A stretch of 64,000 bases of DNA. It comes from Bugula neritina (Eukaryota; Animalia; Bryozoa). Below the pieces are notes generated by a model. The model searched no databases. It worked only from the letters and a program-made list of their open reading frames with translations, and was not told the DNA's origin. Position 1 is the stretch's first letter; every line of letters begins with the position of its first letter. The translations under genes were made by a program, and so were the position numbers. Below, in pieces: positions 1 through 13,700 of this stretch. The stretch lies in the NCBI GenBank assembly GCA_964035545.1, contig OZ037767.1:12224581-12288580 (forward strand), read 5' to 3'.

Positions 1-1009
1 GTTGTTATTTCAGTATACAAGAGGGCCTTCCCTAATACCAGGTAAAATGATACTCTAAATAGTGTTTTCACAAACAAAAGCATGATAAGCAAAGGTGCAG
101 GTTTAAGTTACTTAGACATCTGAAACATCAAAAGTTGTCCTAAATACTGGTCCAAGACTTTAGATAATTACAATTTTTTTATTTTCAATCCAACTTTTAG
201 TAATAACCACTAAGAAAAATCAAAAAAGATTTTTATCAAAAGCATTACAGTTACCCTTCTTTATGAGCCCGCATAGACACATTCACACACACATATAGGA
301 CACATGCTGATATCAGTACAGGCTAGCAAACTATAATAACAAACTAGAACCAGCAGCTTCGATTTAAAGAAGGCAATAAAATCAATTTTTCAAAATATTC
401 TGGCAGACATACGCTATTCTCATTCATTCTAATGATGGCATAACATTTTACCAATTATTAGTATTAAATAATAATTCAACTGAGAATGTGAAGATGCTTG
501 GAGTACATTTGTAGTCAATATAGCAACACAGTCTATTATCTATATCACATATGTTACAAACACAGCCATTGCATCATGCAGTTAGAGTTGTCCTATCAAT
601 CTCCCACACAAGTGACGGAGAGTTGAATATTACAAGAAACAGAATATTTAATATGAAACACTTAACTGCAGACCAATTTAGTGTGCATAGTTTGCACAAA
701 ATTAAAACTCAAAAGAAAAAGCAGATGAAACTAAAGCTGTGAAAAATAAAGATGTGGAGATTGAAAGTCCAGCTAACAACTGGGCATGTAGTAAGTCCGT
801 AGGCCGATATGTATGTACACTGCTGCTACTGAGTGCATGCAGGTAAGAAACTGCTGCTACACCTTGAACTACTGCTAACTCTACTCTAATTTATTCAAAC
901 TCCAATAATTGCAGGTCATATTCATGGAACTTGTTTACAAGAAATACTGGGAGTATTAGACACTTGTTGAGATATTAATGCATGCATCAGCAAACCAGCC
1001 AGCCAGCAT

Positions 1010-1637
1010 GCCCTGTATTATACACCATGTGTGTAGTATAGTGCATCATGTATGTAGTATATTACACCATGTGTGTAGTATATTATACCATGTATGTAGT
1101 ATTATACACCATGTGTGTAGTATATTACACCATGTATGTAGTATATTACACCATGTGTGTAGTATATTACACCATGTATGTAGTATATTACACCATGTGT
1201 GTAGTATATTACACCATGTGTGTAGTATATTACACCATGTGTGTAGTATATTACACCATGTATGTAGTATATTACACCATGTGTGTAGTATATTACACCA
1301 TGTATGTAGTATATTACACTACGTGTGTAGTATATTACACCACGTGTGTAGTATATTACATCATGTATGTAGTATATTACATCATGTATGTAGTATATTA
1401 CACCATGTGTGTAGTATATTACACCATGTGTGTAGTATATTACACCATGTGTATAGTATATTACATCATGTGTGTAGTATATTACACCATGTGTATAGTA
1501 TATTACATCATGTGTGTAGTATATTACACCATGTGTGTAGTATATTACACCATGTATGTAGAATATTACACCATGTATGTAGTATATTACACCATGTGTG
1601 TAGAATATTACAGAATAGTACACCATGTAGTATGTAG
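1010..1637. repeat. 21-bp minisatellite (TATTACACCATGTGTGTAGTA), about 29 copies
   Basis: Direct tandem periodicity; source of the HHVCSIL pseudo-ORF. Confidence 0.95.
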
Positions 1638-1788
1638 TATAAGGAATAAATTCGCACCCACATCTACCACTCTACTCACTGGGTAAAAGGAAAGTAGAGT
1701 AACAAATAGGAATTGGTTAACATATTTCAGTGTCTAACAGATGAGTTATGGGTAGCACCAACAAACTAGCAGAAAATGGCCGACTTAC

Positions 1789-4700
1789 GAGAGTTCAGAA
1801 CAAGAAGCTTGTTTAGTGAGCCTGTAAGATAAGTAACTTGTGTGTACCAGACACGGTATGTCACATAGCTGTGAGCACCAATATAACATGTAGCATGGGC
1901 TGCTGTATACACTTGATACACTAAGTGGTCTCCAATATATTAAATGGGTTTTTGAAACAAATCTGTGAGATTTATAGCAGTTCAACTGTAAAAGAATATG
2001 CACAAAGCTAGCCTACAAGCTACAATAGTGCTGTGGAGCATTTGGTGAGAGCATCAGACTAAAATCAGCAGCAAGAATAAACTACAGCATGTACTACCAA
2101 CTTGAGGTATTAAAACAGAAATATATGAGTACAAGTCTACCATGTATAGACTGTGTTCTGATATAACTCTAACCTTCGGATAGGTGCGCCTTTGGAGTCG
2201 CCCGACAGTGCTCCATTCTCTCGACTTTTCTGCACTATCTTAGCACCCAAACTGACTTCACTCGGATCAAGTGAACGAGCACTGCGCCCTGTGGTTCTGT
2301 AAGTGAGTGACATACATATTACACACATATATACATACATATTACACACATATATACATACATATTACACACATATATACATACATACGTACATGTGTTG
2401 ATATAAGTGTATAAGTGTAAGTGTTACAAATTACATTCAATTGCTTGAAAAATGTAATTAATTACAACCAATTACAATAACAAATTACTATTACCCCAAC
2501 CCTGGTAGTAACACACGTGTAGTAGTAACATACGTGTAGTAGTAACACACGTGTAGTAGTAACACACGTGCAGTAGTAACATACGTGTAGTAGTAACACA
2601 CGTGTACTAGTAACATACGTGTAGTAGTAACATACGTGTAGTAGTAACATACGTGTAGTAGTAACATACGTGTAGTAGTACCATACGTGTAGTAGTAACA
2701 TACGTGTAGTAGTAACATACATGTAGTAGTAACATACGTGTAGTAGTAACATACGTGTAGTAGTAACATACGTGTAGTAGTAACATACGTGTAGTAGTAA
2801 CATACGTGTAGTAGTAACATACGTGTAGTAGTAACATACGTGTAGTAGTAACATACGTGTAGTAGTACCATACGTGTAGTAGTAACATAGTGTAGTAGTA
2901 ACATACGTGTAGTAGTAACATATGTGTAGTAGTAACACACGTGTAGTAGTAACACACGTGTAGTAGTAAGCCTAGAGCCACACGGTGCGTATTTTTGCAT
3001 GCGAAAATTGAAATCACAAGTAGCAAAGGTGTCCACTGTAGCGTCAGTGATGCGTGATAAATAAAGCTTTCATTTTTAAATCGCACTCGCTTTCAATAAA
3101 ACGCAATTTACTAGAATGTAGCACTAAAATAAAGAAATTGGGCTCGCTGAATAACTACCAGCCAATTAGGTGACGACGACAGAGACGATTCGCACTTGCG
3201 TTGAAAATGCAGAGCGACAAGTGCGAATGTTTTCTCAACGTGCACAGTGGACACCTTTGCTACCTGTGATTTCAATTTTCGCATGCGAAAATACGCACCG
3301 TGTGGCTCTAGGCTAACACACGTGTAGTAGTAACACACGTGTAGTAGTAACACACGTGTAGTAGTAACACACGTGTAGTAGTAACATACGTGTAGTAGTA
3401 ACACACGTGTAGTAGTAACATACATGTAGTAGTAACATACATGTAGTAGTAACATACGTGTAGTAGTACCATACGTGTAGTAGTAACATATGTGTAGTAG
3501 TAACATACGTGTAGTAGTAACATACGTGTAGTAGTAACATACGTGTAGTAGTACCATACGTGTAGTAGTAACATACGTGTAGTAGTAACATACGTGTAGT
3601 AGTAACATACGTGTAGTAGTAACATACGTGTAGTAGTAACATACGTGTAGTAGTAACATACGTGTAGTAGTACCATACGTGTAGTAGTAACACGTGTAGT
3701 AGTAACATACGTGTAGTAGTAACATACGTGTAGTAGTAACATATGTGTAGTAGTACCATACGTGTAGTAGTAACACGTGTAGTAGTAACATACGTGTAGT
3801 AGTAACATACGTGTAGTAGTAACACACGTGTAGTACAGATAAAACCCATTAACTTCTAACAAAAACTCAGCCTTCACCTTGCGGTAGAATTTTCATTTTC
3901 CAAAGACTCAGTTCTAGCCCGCCTCAACTCAAATGTTCTGTTGGGTCGACTGGAGGAGAGGGGACCCACCCGACCATTACTCGAGGATAGGTTTTTTAGA
4001 TTATTTACACTCTCCAGACTCCCACCATTATCCGAGTCTTTCATTGATTGACTTCTTTTAGCACCATTGAGTGGCCTGCTATAATACAGTGCATATTCAA
4101 TGAAAGTTAAATCAGAGAAAATACAACTCCGATTAATTGAAATTCTGATGCAAAAAACTCCTATTTTATTCATATTTTTCAGCCCATTTTGTGACAAAAC
4201 AGTTTAAGCAAACATTAGAAGCACTATGCCAGCTAATACAGTCAGGGTCAAGGTCACATACAAATGGTGTGGAGATGTACTGCAACACCAACACCACAGA
4301 GTAGGTTGCAGAAAAAAAGCAGTGTCAGTATTGATTGGTTGGTTTACTAACTAGTATGTATGCTGAGAACTTGTTTCTGCTTGTTGGAGCAAATAAAAAA
4401 ATACAACGTGGTTGAGATGGGGAGAAGGGGTGATTGCGTGCACTGGGGAGAAGGGGGGGAGGAAGGGGGGGAAGGGGGAGGGGAGCGGTAAGAGCTGGTT
4501 ACTGTAGAGCTAGGTAGCAGAGTAAGCAGTCACCTGGCAGTCTTAGAATCTGACTGAGACCTCCTGGCTGGCATAGTAGCCCTAGGTGTAGTTGGCTGGC
4601 TGGCTCTGGATGTGGCAGGCTCACCACCTACCTCATCAGCTTTATTAGAGGTACTGGTAGAGCTTAGTCTATCCACAGTAGACTTTCTGATGGAACCAGA

Positions 4701-7700
4701 ACTTGATTGTCGTAAGGATGGTTTAGATTTACCAGATGGAGGCTTGGGGCTCTCTGATTGGCTAGAGAATGAGTGTATAGCTTTCATGAACTCCTCTGTA
4801 CTCTGTAGGAGTACGTCTGTATTCACACTGTCCACCGACCGGCCACCCACTCTACTCAGCCTCTCTTTGCTGCTGGAAGACACGGCAGCGGAGATTTGTG
4901 GCAGCTGCTTAGACTGCTCTGGAGCACCTCCTGTCGACATCAGAATCTTGTCAAAGAAAGAGGTTTTGTTGACGATGATGGGGTCATTGTCCTTGTGGTA
5001 TGTGCGGGCTGTTAGTAACTCTTCCACCAACTTAGGCCGTTCCTTCTCTATGACAGGAGCGTCACCTGAGCACATTGTACACAAAGGGGAGATAATTTTC
5101 AATGTGTAGCTAACAGCAAAATAATGTTTATATTTTAGTTGACTATTTACTAGAAAGATGCCTGCATTGGAAAGTTTCTGCAAAAAAACACAGCTGTTCT
5201 ACGCGTCTTTAAACAACCAGTGATGCTTTAAATATAAGTATACAAGGATACACTGCCAGTGAAAGTATTTATTCTCACACTGGCAGTATATACTCTTACA
5301 CTGGCAGTATATACTCTCACACTGGCAGTATATACTCTTACACTGGCAGTATATACTCTTACACTGGCAGTATATACTCTTACACTGGCAGTATATACTC
5401 TTACACTGGCAGTGAAAGTATATACTGCCAGTGTGAGAGTATATACTGCCAGTGTAAGAGTATATACTGCCAGTGTAAGAGTATATACTGCCAGTGTAAG
5501 AGTATATACTGCCAGTGTGAGAGTATATACTGCCAGTGTAAGAGTATATACTGCCAGTGTGAGAGTATATACTGCCAGTGTAAGAGTATACACTGCCAGT
5601 GTAAGAGTATATACTGCCAGTGTGAGAGTATACACATAAGATGCTTACCTATGCCCAGTTCTTGCAGTATTTTCTCTTTAGAGAACTCTACTTCTTTCTT
5701 CCTGCGAGGCATGGTAGCGGCAGCAGGGAGGGACAGAGGTGACGTGGAATGTGAGTTGCTGTCCTTCACCTTGCTAGCACGTGGCGTCGCAGGCAACTTT
5801 CTACCATTAGAACCACCTTCTGCTCGTTGAACAGGCGAGCATGAATTCCTTCTAGAGAGTGTTGGAGAATTTATAGTTGGAGAGATTGGTGGCTTGGAGA
5901 TTACCACATCTAGAATTAACAATAATTCCTTTTAAACAAGCAGCATGTAGTGTACCAAACATTAATATAACATGATAATAAGATAAATTTCGTACTACTA
6001 GTCATCTATTACATAGTATAGCAGGGTGACACTAGTTAGTGAGAAAATGGATAACTGTGTACACACTAGAGTAGAAAGTCTACAAGACAATATGCTATGT
6101 GCAACTACATGCAATATAAAACTAGAAATGAGCGCTCCTATTACAGAGTCAGTATTTGTCCACTGGTCTAGTCGTATGTGTTTAGAGGGCCGAGTGAAGT
6201 TACTCAGCTTGTGTTGAATATTTGCACTGCATTTAGTGTCTGCTGTCAACTGCTGGTATTTACTAGTACCCATTAGCTGAGGACAATACTTTGCTTCTGT
6301 TCCAACACACTCAAACAAATAATGAAATTAGAAACAATTAGAACTCAGAAAAGTAGTAACATATATTATTACAAGGATGGTCACTCTCTAGCTAGAGTCA
6401 CAGAGACTACTAATTGAAAGCAGCAAACAAATTCTATTGGCTAGTGATGTGAACAGGCAGCAATGTCATAGGCTACCATGTTTTAGTCTGAGATACCAAC
6501 CATTGACATGTTCAGGTGACTTGGTCTGTGTGTGGTACTCTGCCTGTATATTAGGCTTTATTATTTCTTCCTGAGACTGCAAAGTTTCTTCCTTCTGAAA
6601 CAAAGAGTATAACATATGTAGAATGTATATGAAGGTATACTCAGTTATGTATAAAGAGTATAACATGTATATGGAGGTATACTCAGCTATGTATAAAGAG
6701 TATAGCATGTATATGGAGGTATACTCAGCTATGTATAAAGAGTATAACATGTATATGGAGGTATACTCAGCTATGTATAAAGAGTATAACATGTATATGG
6801 AGGTATACTCAGCTATGTATAAAGGAATACCACTCATTCAATGTACTACTCACTCACTCAATGCATGACTGCCTATACATGTTTTTATATGCATTACTTG
6901 ACCCCCTGAGATTAATACAGAGGTTGAGCAAAGGTGCACACCATAGGGGTGGAGTGTAGGTATAGACTACAGAGGGATTAGGGGTGGAATATAGGTAAAT
7001 ACCACAGGGGGATTAGGGGTGGAGTGTAAGTACAGACTACAAGGGGTGAAGTGTATCTTATAGCTGTCTGCAATTTGAGAGGTGGCCATATGCATCATAT
7101 TGATGTTAATATAACTACTATACAGTCAATGTGTACTAAGCCATATACAAATTATTGTATTTTATTTAATATTGACTAGAATGAAGAGATCTGCATTACT
7201 ACTACATCACACATTAGTATAAATGATCGAGTTTTCTCTAGCTGGGGAGACAACACTGAACATAAGAAGGAAGAATAAACAGGAAACTAAAACCTATATT
7301 ACAGGTCAATATGGAACAACTAAATTATCAGTATATCAAATTATTGCACACTATACAAACATGATGCACGCTTATCAGATTTTCTCTTAGAAATGAAGAG
7401 TGTAGAGAAATACTCTTCTTGCTTATTGTAAGTGATTGAGAGTTGGAGTAACTTTGCAGATATATCTATTATCTAGAATGTATACATAGTATAGTTATAT
7501 TATACTATGTATACATACTACGTAGACTGTATAACTATAGTACACTATATTACTAATAGTAAAAGTGAACTATATTGTATATAGAAAGCATATGCTAGGT
7601 CAAAGAAAGCCAGAACCCCATAAGATGCCAGACTAGGCACCAGTATGTTGGTAATATAATCAGACGAAGTTGTCACACCGAAGATTGGAGTGAATATTCT

Positions 7701-10700
7701 AAACCTACTGACAGTTAAAAGTATGGGAAAATACAAAATAAATGAATAAACAATCATGGACTTTCAAATTTAAACTTGCTGTTTATTTATATTGAATTAT
7801 TTTCAAGAAACTGACTAGCTTTATGTAATAAAATGCTAATTTTTACAATATTACACTGCACATGAGGGGGTAACAGAATAAAGCGGTATTATCCTAGCAA
7901 CAATGCACAGTTCATAATTTTTAAATTAAGAAATGAAGAGATTTCTTTGGCACAAGTCTAACAGCAACAAAATGCTGCTGACTTGCTCCACCTCAGGCTG
8001 CCAGCAAGGTTGTTTCAACTTCAAAATTTGGTAATTCTGAAAAAAAATATAGGTTACAGATTATACACTATAACCCTGCTACCCGAACAGGACAAAGTGG
8101 AGATAGGTGAGAAGATTATACACTATAACCATGTAGAGTGAAGTGGATACCATCTAATTAGCTAAATAGTACCTTCCAGAAACATCTCTCAGACTATAGA
8201 ATATATCTCAGACTATAGAATATCTCTCAGACTATAGAATATATCTCAGACTATAGAATATATCTCAGACTATAGAATATATCTCAGACTATAGAATATA
8301 TCTCAGACTATAGAATATATCTCAAGACTAAAGGTTTCCAGCAACCCCCCCCCCCCCATATTCAAAAACTTGGTTGTTGGAGGTTTCAATATCCAACATT
8401 TGAACAGACAAAACCAGAAAAACCATACACCAACTAATAACCTTACAAGAATGTAAAATTAAACTCAGGTACATATTGCTATTGAGCCCTAAGGAGACAG
8501 TGTCACTCAAAGTACACAATCACCTGCAGGCACAGGGAGACAGTGTCACTCAAAGTACACAATCACCTGCAGGCACAGGGAGACAGTGCCACTTATAGTA
8601 CACTCTCACCTGCAGGCACAGGGAGACAGTGTCATAGGCACAGAAAATAACATGGTGTAATTACATAGCTTAGTTTTAGTGAACAAGTCCTCTAGCTGAT
8701 AAGATCTGTATCCATTCTTAAAGATATTATATTAATATAATTGACAAGTGAGCAAGGCATGAACCCATTCACTGGAAAGTCAATACTTGGGCATTCATAC
8801 CTTAGAAACTACAACTAAAAACTACTCAACAGGAAACTGCTTCATTCCTAAAAGACTGTTGAATGTATAGAAAGATACAATATTAAAATGCAAACTCAAA
8901 CAGGTGTTTTCTACAGTGAGTTACTGAAAATGTAGATATGTAATAGCTGTAGTTCTCCCAGTTTCTATTACAAGTATACTAGAATCATATAGGCACACTA
9001 TGACACAGAATCAAATAGGCTAAACCTTAAAATTTTGGCTAATATGGCATTGGCTATCTAGGACAAAGGGTGGCACAGTTGCTGGAGCACATGCTTTTTG
9101 ATTGAGGTGTTGTGGGTTGAAACCCCATCTGTGTCCTTTCTCAAAAAAAACCACCTCAGCAAGCTTTTTACACCAACTTCTGCTGACTTCATCAGTACCT
9201 CGGCATCTTTCCCATGGAATACCAGGATACCAGGAATACCGGCGAGGCGGTGTAGCTCGTCCCTTTCAACTCCACCCATGTCTCAAAGAAATGGGCCCAG
9301 TCAAGGTATTACTAGACTTAATAGGTGAAAATTGAGTAACAACAAAAATTAATTTCAGCTTATTTAGATGAGAGAAGATCTGCTATGTACTTCACTGCCA
9401 GTTAGTAACAACATGCTTATGTATTACCCAGTATTGTCAGGGATAGGTGACTACAGTAGATTTAGGTGCGGAACTACCATAATAGTCATACGGCTTACCT
9501 TATACTACCAATAGAGTACTACAGAGTACTAGAATATTACAGAGTACTAGAGTATTACAAAGTAATAGAATATTACAGAGTACTACAGAGTGCTACAGAG
9601 TACTAGAGTATTATAGAGTACTAGAGTATTACAGAGTACTAGAGTATTACTATTAGAGAGTACTACAGAGTACTACAGAGTACTACAGAGTGCTACAGAG
9701 TACTACAGAGTGCTACAGAGTACTACAGAGTGCTACAGAGTACTACAGAGTGCTACAGAGTACTAGAGTATTACAGAGTACTAGAGTGTTACAGAGTACT
9801 AGAGTATTACTATTAGAGAGTACTACAGAGTACTACAGAGTGCTACAGAGTACTACAGAGTGCTACAGAGTACTACAGAGTGCTACAGAGTACTACAGAG
9901 TGCTACAGAGTACTACAGAGTGCTACAGAGTACTAGAGTATTACAGAGTACTAGAGTATTACAGAGTACTAGAGTATTACAAAGTAATAGAATATTACAG
10001 AGTACTACAGAGTGCTACAGAGTACTAGAGTATTATAGAGTACTAGAGTATTACAGAGTACTAGAGTATTACTATTAGAGAGTACTACAGAGTACTACAG
10101 AGTACTACAGAGTGCTACAGAGTACTACAGAGTGCTACAGAGTACTACAGAGTGCTACAGAGTACTACAGAGTGCTACAGAGTACTAGAGTATTACAGAG
10201 TACTAGAGTATTACAGAGTACTAGAGTATTACAGAGTACTACAGAGTACTGGAGTACTAGTACTAAAGCACTAGCTGTGTGAACTAGTATAGATTAGAGC
10301 ACTTGTTCTTACCTGTTGTATGTGTCACACCTAGAGACAAGATTTGACGTCTCACAAATTTCAATATTAGATGTTAACATGACAAGCAGCTATTATAGTA
10401 GTGAGCAGTGTATACTGTACGAATGATTACACTTGAATGGTTAAATACAATAGCCAATACCTGTTAGCCTGCCATAGTACAGTCTACCCCAGCTAGATAG
10501 TATTGTACACTGGCTACATACTGTACTGTATATACTGTACAGTGTATATGCTGCACAGTGTATATACACTGTACAGTATATATACAGTACAGTGTATATA
10601 CAGTACAGCATATATGCTGCACAGTGTATATACACTACAGTGTATATACAGTACAGTGTATATACAGTACAGTATATACAGTACAGTGTATATACAGTAC

Positions 10701-13700
10701 AGTGTATATACTGTGCAGTATATACAATTAATCATACAACTCGGGTAGATACTTGTTACTCAGGAAAAGCCACTAATCATCTCATATTGCAATGCATTTG
10801 CTAATGTAACTCAACTAAACACAATCAATTCATGAATAAACAAATAAACTCAAAATTTTAATTATTAATATGCTGATGAAATTCAGCAATAATATGAAAC
10901 TATCAGTAAGGCTTATTTTGTCAACACGAGCCTGTATTATCATAACTATGTCTACTATCATTTTTCTACTATATTGTCAACATATTAGTGTGAAAAGGAG
11001 AATTTCATTAGAAATAAGATACTGCCAGCAATCAGCCACTGGGGAGACCCCAACATTTATTTCCCAGAGCCACATTGTTTACCACAGAGGACATACTGCT
11101 GTGGAAGCAATATTTTTGATCAGGTTGAAGTTCATTGACAGTAAAACCATTAAGATGTGTCTATAAGGTATATGTAGTAATGTCTATAAGGTACATACAG
11201 TAGTGTCTATAAGGTATATACAGTAATGTCTATAAGGTATATATAGTAGTGTCTATAAGGTATATATAGTAATGTCTATGAGGTATATATAGTAATGTCT
11301 ATAAGGTATATACAGTAGTGTCTATAAGGTATATATAGTAGTGTCTATAAGGTATATACAGTAGTGTCTATAAGGTATATACAGTAATGTCTATAAGGTA
11401 TATATAGTAGTGTCTATAAGGTATATACAGTAATGTCTATAAGGTATATACAGTAATGTCTATAAGGTATATATAGTAATGTCTATAAGGTACATACAGT
11501 AGTGTCTATAAGGTATATACAGTAATGTCTATAAGGTATATATAGTAATGTCTGTAAGGTATATATAGTAGTGTCTATGACAATAAGGATATTGTCTATA
11601 CTTTATAAAGAATAAGCTATTATGAAAACTCACAGCGTGTATGAAAAAATTATCCAACTTGTTCAACTCCCGGTAAAAGAAAGAGAAAGTGTTTTGAGTA
11701 AACGATTCCATGTATAAAGTGGGGATATATTACACTGTAAGAGATGTAGGCTATGTATACTGCAGTGTAAACTGCTGTATACAACCTAATAACCTGCAGA
11801 TAATATTATATATCCAAGTCCCGAGGTGCTAGGAGTGAATGGAGGCTAGACTATATAGCTGAACAAATGCTGATAGACTGAAAAGTTTAGTCTAACTACT
11901 TTGAAATAAGTTATTGTCACAGCACTAACAATAATTCCACTTATATTTGTCAATCCAACTCCAAGACTTTGACAAATAGCACTTGCTCAATCAGTTTTCA
12001 AACAGGTATAATGGTGTTAAGATATCAGGAATAATAGGCTATAATATTTCTCATTTACAAAATCTTTGGCTGCTAAATCTAATCTCATATGTCAATATAA
12101 ATTTTACAAGACACATTAACATAGGTCCATTGGTTGGCAAAGTGATTAGACTGGAAAGTTGTCTTCTCTAGACAAAGAGAAGTTGAACAATAGTTGCATT
12201 GAGAGAAAATTCAACAGAATATGACACATTAAACAGAATATGACACATTTAACAGAATATGACACATTTAACAGAATATGACACATTCAACAGAATATGA
12301 CACATTCAAATGGTTTTGTTCTAAGGAAACCAAGACCCCAAAAATTACAGTCAGTAAGGCATTGAGAGCAAATCACTAATAAAACCAATCTACTTTATGA
12401 GCACTTTGTTTGCTATTAGCTATGCAGACTATGATTAGGCAAGTGGGATGTGTTTTTACACAACCAATTTCCAGCAAGCTAGAGTCAACTGAGTGGTAAC
12501 ATCTACAGCTACTGAATGGCAGCTATATTCTGTCATAATATGAGAAGACTTAACACAGAAAATCCTTGAAAAGTATGTTTTAGGATTTATGTACAGCTTC
12601 CAATGACAAAACTAATACAAGAAGTGTGAAGCAAGAGGGTTTAAACTTGGCCTGAAGTATAGGAAAGAGCTATGTGTAAAATAGTAATCTACTTAAAGGT
12701 ATAATGTGTTACCAACACTGACATAAGTCAGGATACTGGATGTCATACTGTAACCTCCATATATTACCTTGAAATACAAAAGTAGTGGTGAATGGTGACA
12801 AGCACACACTAAAATTACCTTAGTAGAGATTTCATCTGCTGAACAATCTGCCTCCATTTTATTGTCGCTGCCGATCTCAACCTGCATGCTGCTGCCCACT
12901 CCTATAAGCTCATCGGTCGACTCACTGATCTCTAGCTCAGGAGACCTGAAACAGTTGCCCAACACATTTCTATTACAAAAATTGGGAAAAATAACTAATC
13001 TATTGAATATAACGGAAGACCAGTCATAAACACTGGATTAGTTCAGTAGAGTAGCTATTCTAGAACATGCTGGAAGATACTGGCTATGGATGACTCACCC
13101 AGTCTCACTGGTCACTATACCAAACAGTCTGTCTATATCTTCTCTCGCTTTCTCCAACTCTTTATTGTCTTCTTCTATAGTATAAGTTCCACTTTCAGAC
13201 ACTTTGTCTCCATCATCATCACCCTTAACTGCTGCGTCTGAAGGTTGAGATCGCAGTCTAGGTGTGCCACATGATTGCTTCAACTCCGGCATCGTAGAAG
13301 ACCTGTAGTGACAACGTACAGTACAAAACAGTGTACAGTACAACAGAGTGTATAGTACAATAGGCCTACAGTATACATTATACTATACACTGTGACTATA
13401 CTATAAACAGTGACTATACTATACACTGTGACTATACTATACACTGTGACTATACTATACACTGTGACTATACTATACACTGTGACTATACTATACACTG
13501 TGACCATACTATACACTGTGACTATACTATACACGGTGACTATACTATACACTGTGACTATACTATACTATACACTGTGACTATACTATACACTGTGACT
13601 ACACTATACACAGTGACTATACTATACACTGTGACTACACTATACACTGTGACTATACTATATACTGTGACTATACTATACACTGTGACTATACTATACA

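Noticed and set aside
250-880. Further CEP170 exons or a plus-strand exon near the window start
   Set aside because: Candidate segments do not fit the required phase 2 without stops and show no recognisable homology.
978-1686. Long His/Cys-rich ORFs (HHVCSIL)n that look like a metal-binding protein
   Set aside because: Translation of a 21-bp minisatellite that is open in several frames; no splice or expression evidence.
2462-3877. Multiple ORFs (YYYTYVTTTRMLLLHVC)
   Set aside because: 17-bp repeat read in all frames, plus MITE sequence; intronic.
4612-5109. 165-aa plus-strand ORF
   Set aside because: Antisense shadow of the large CEP170 exon 5065-4534.
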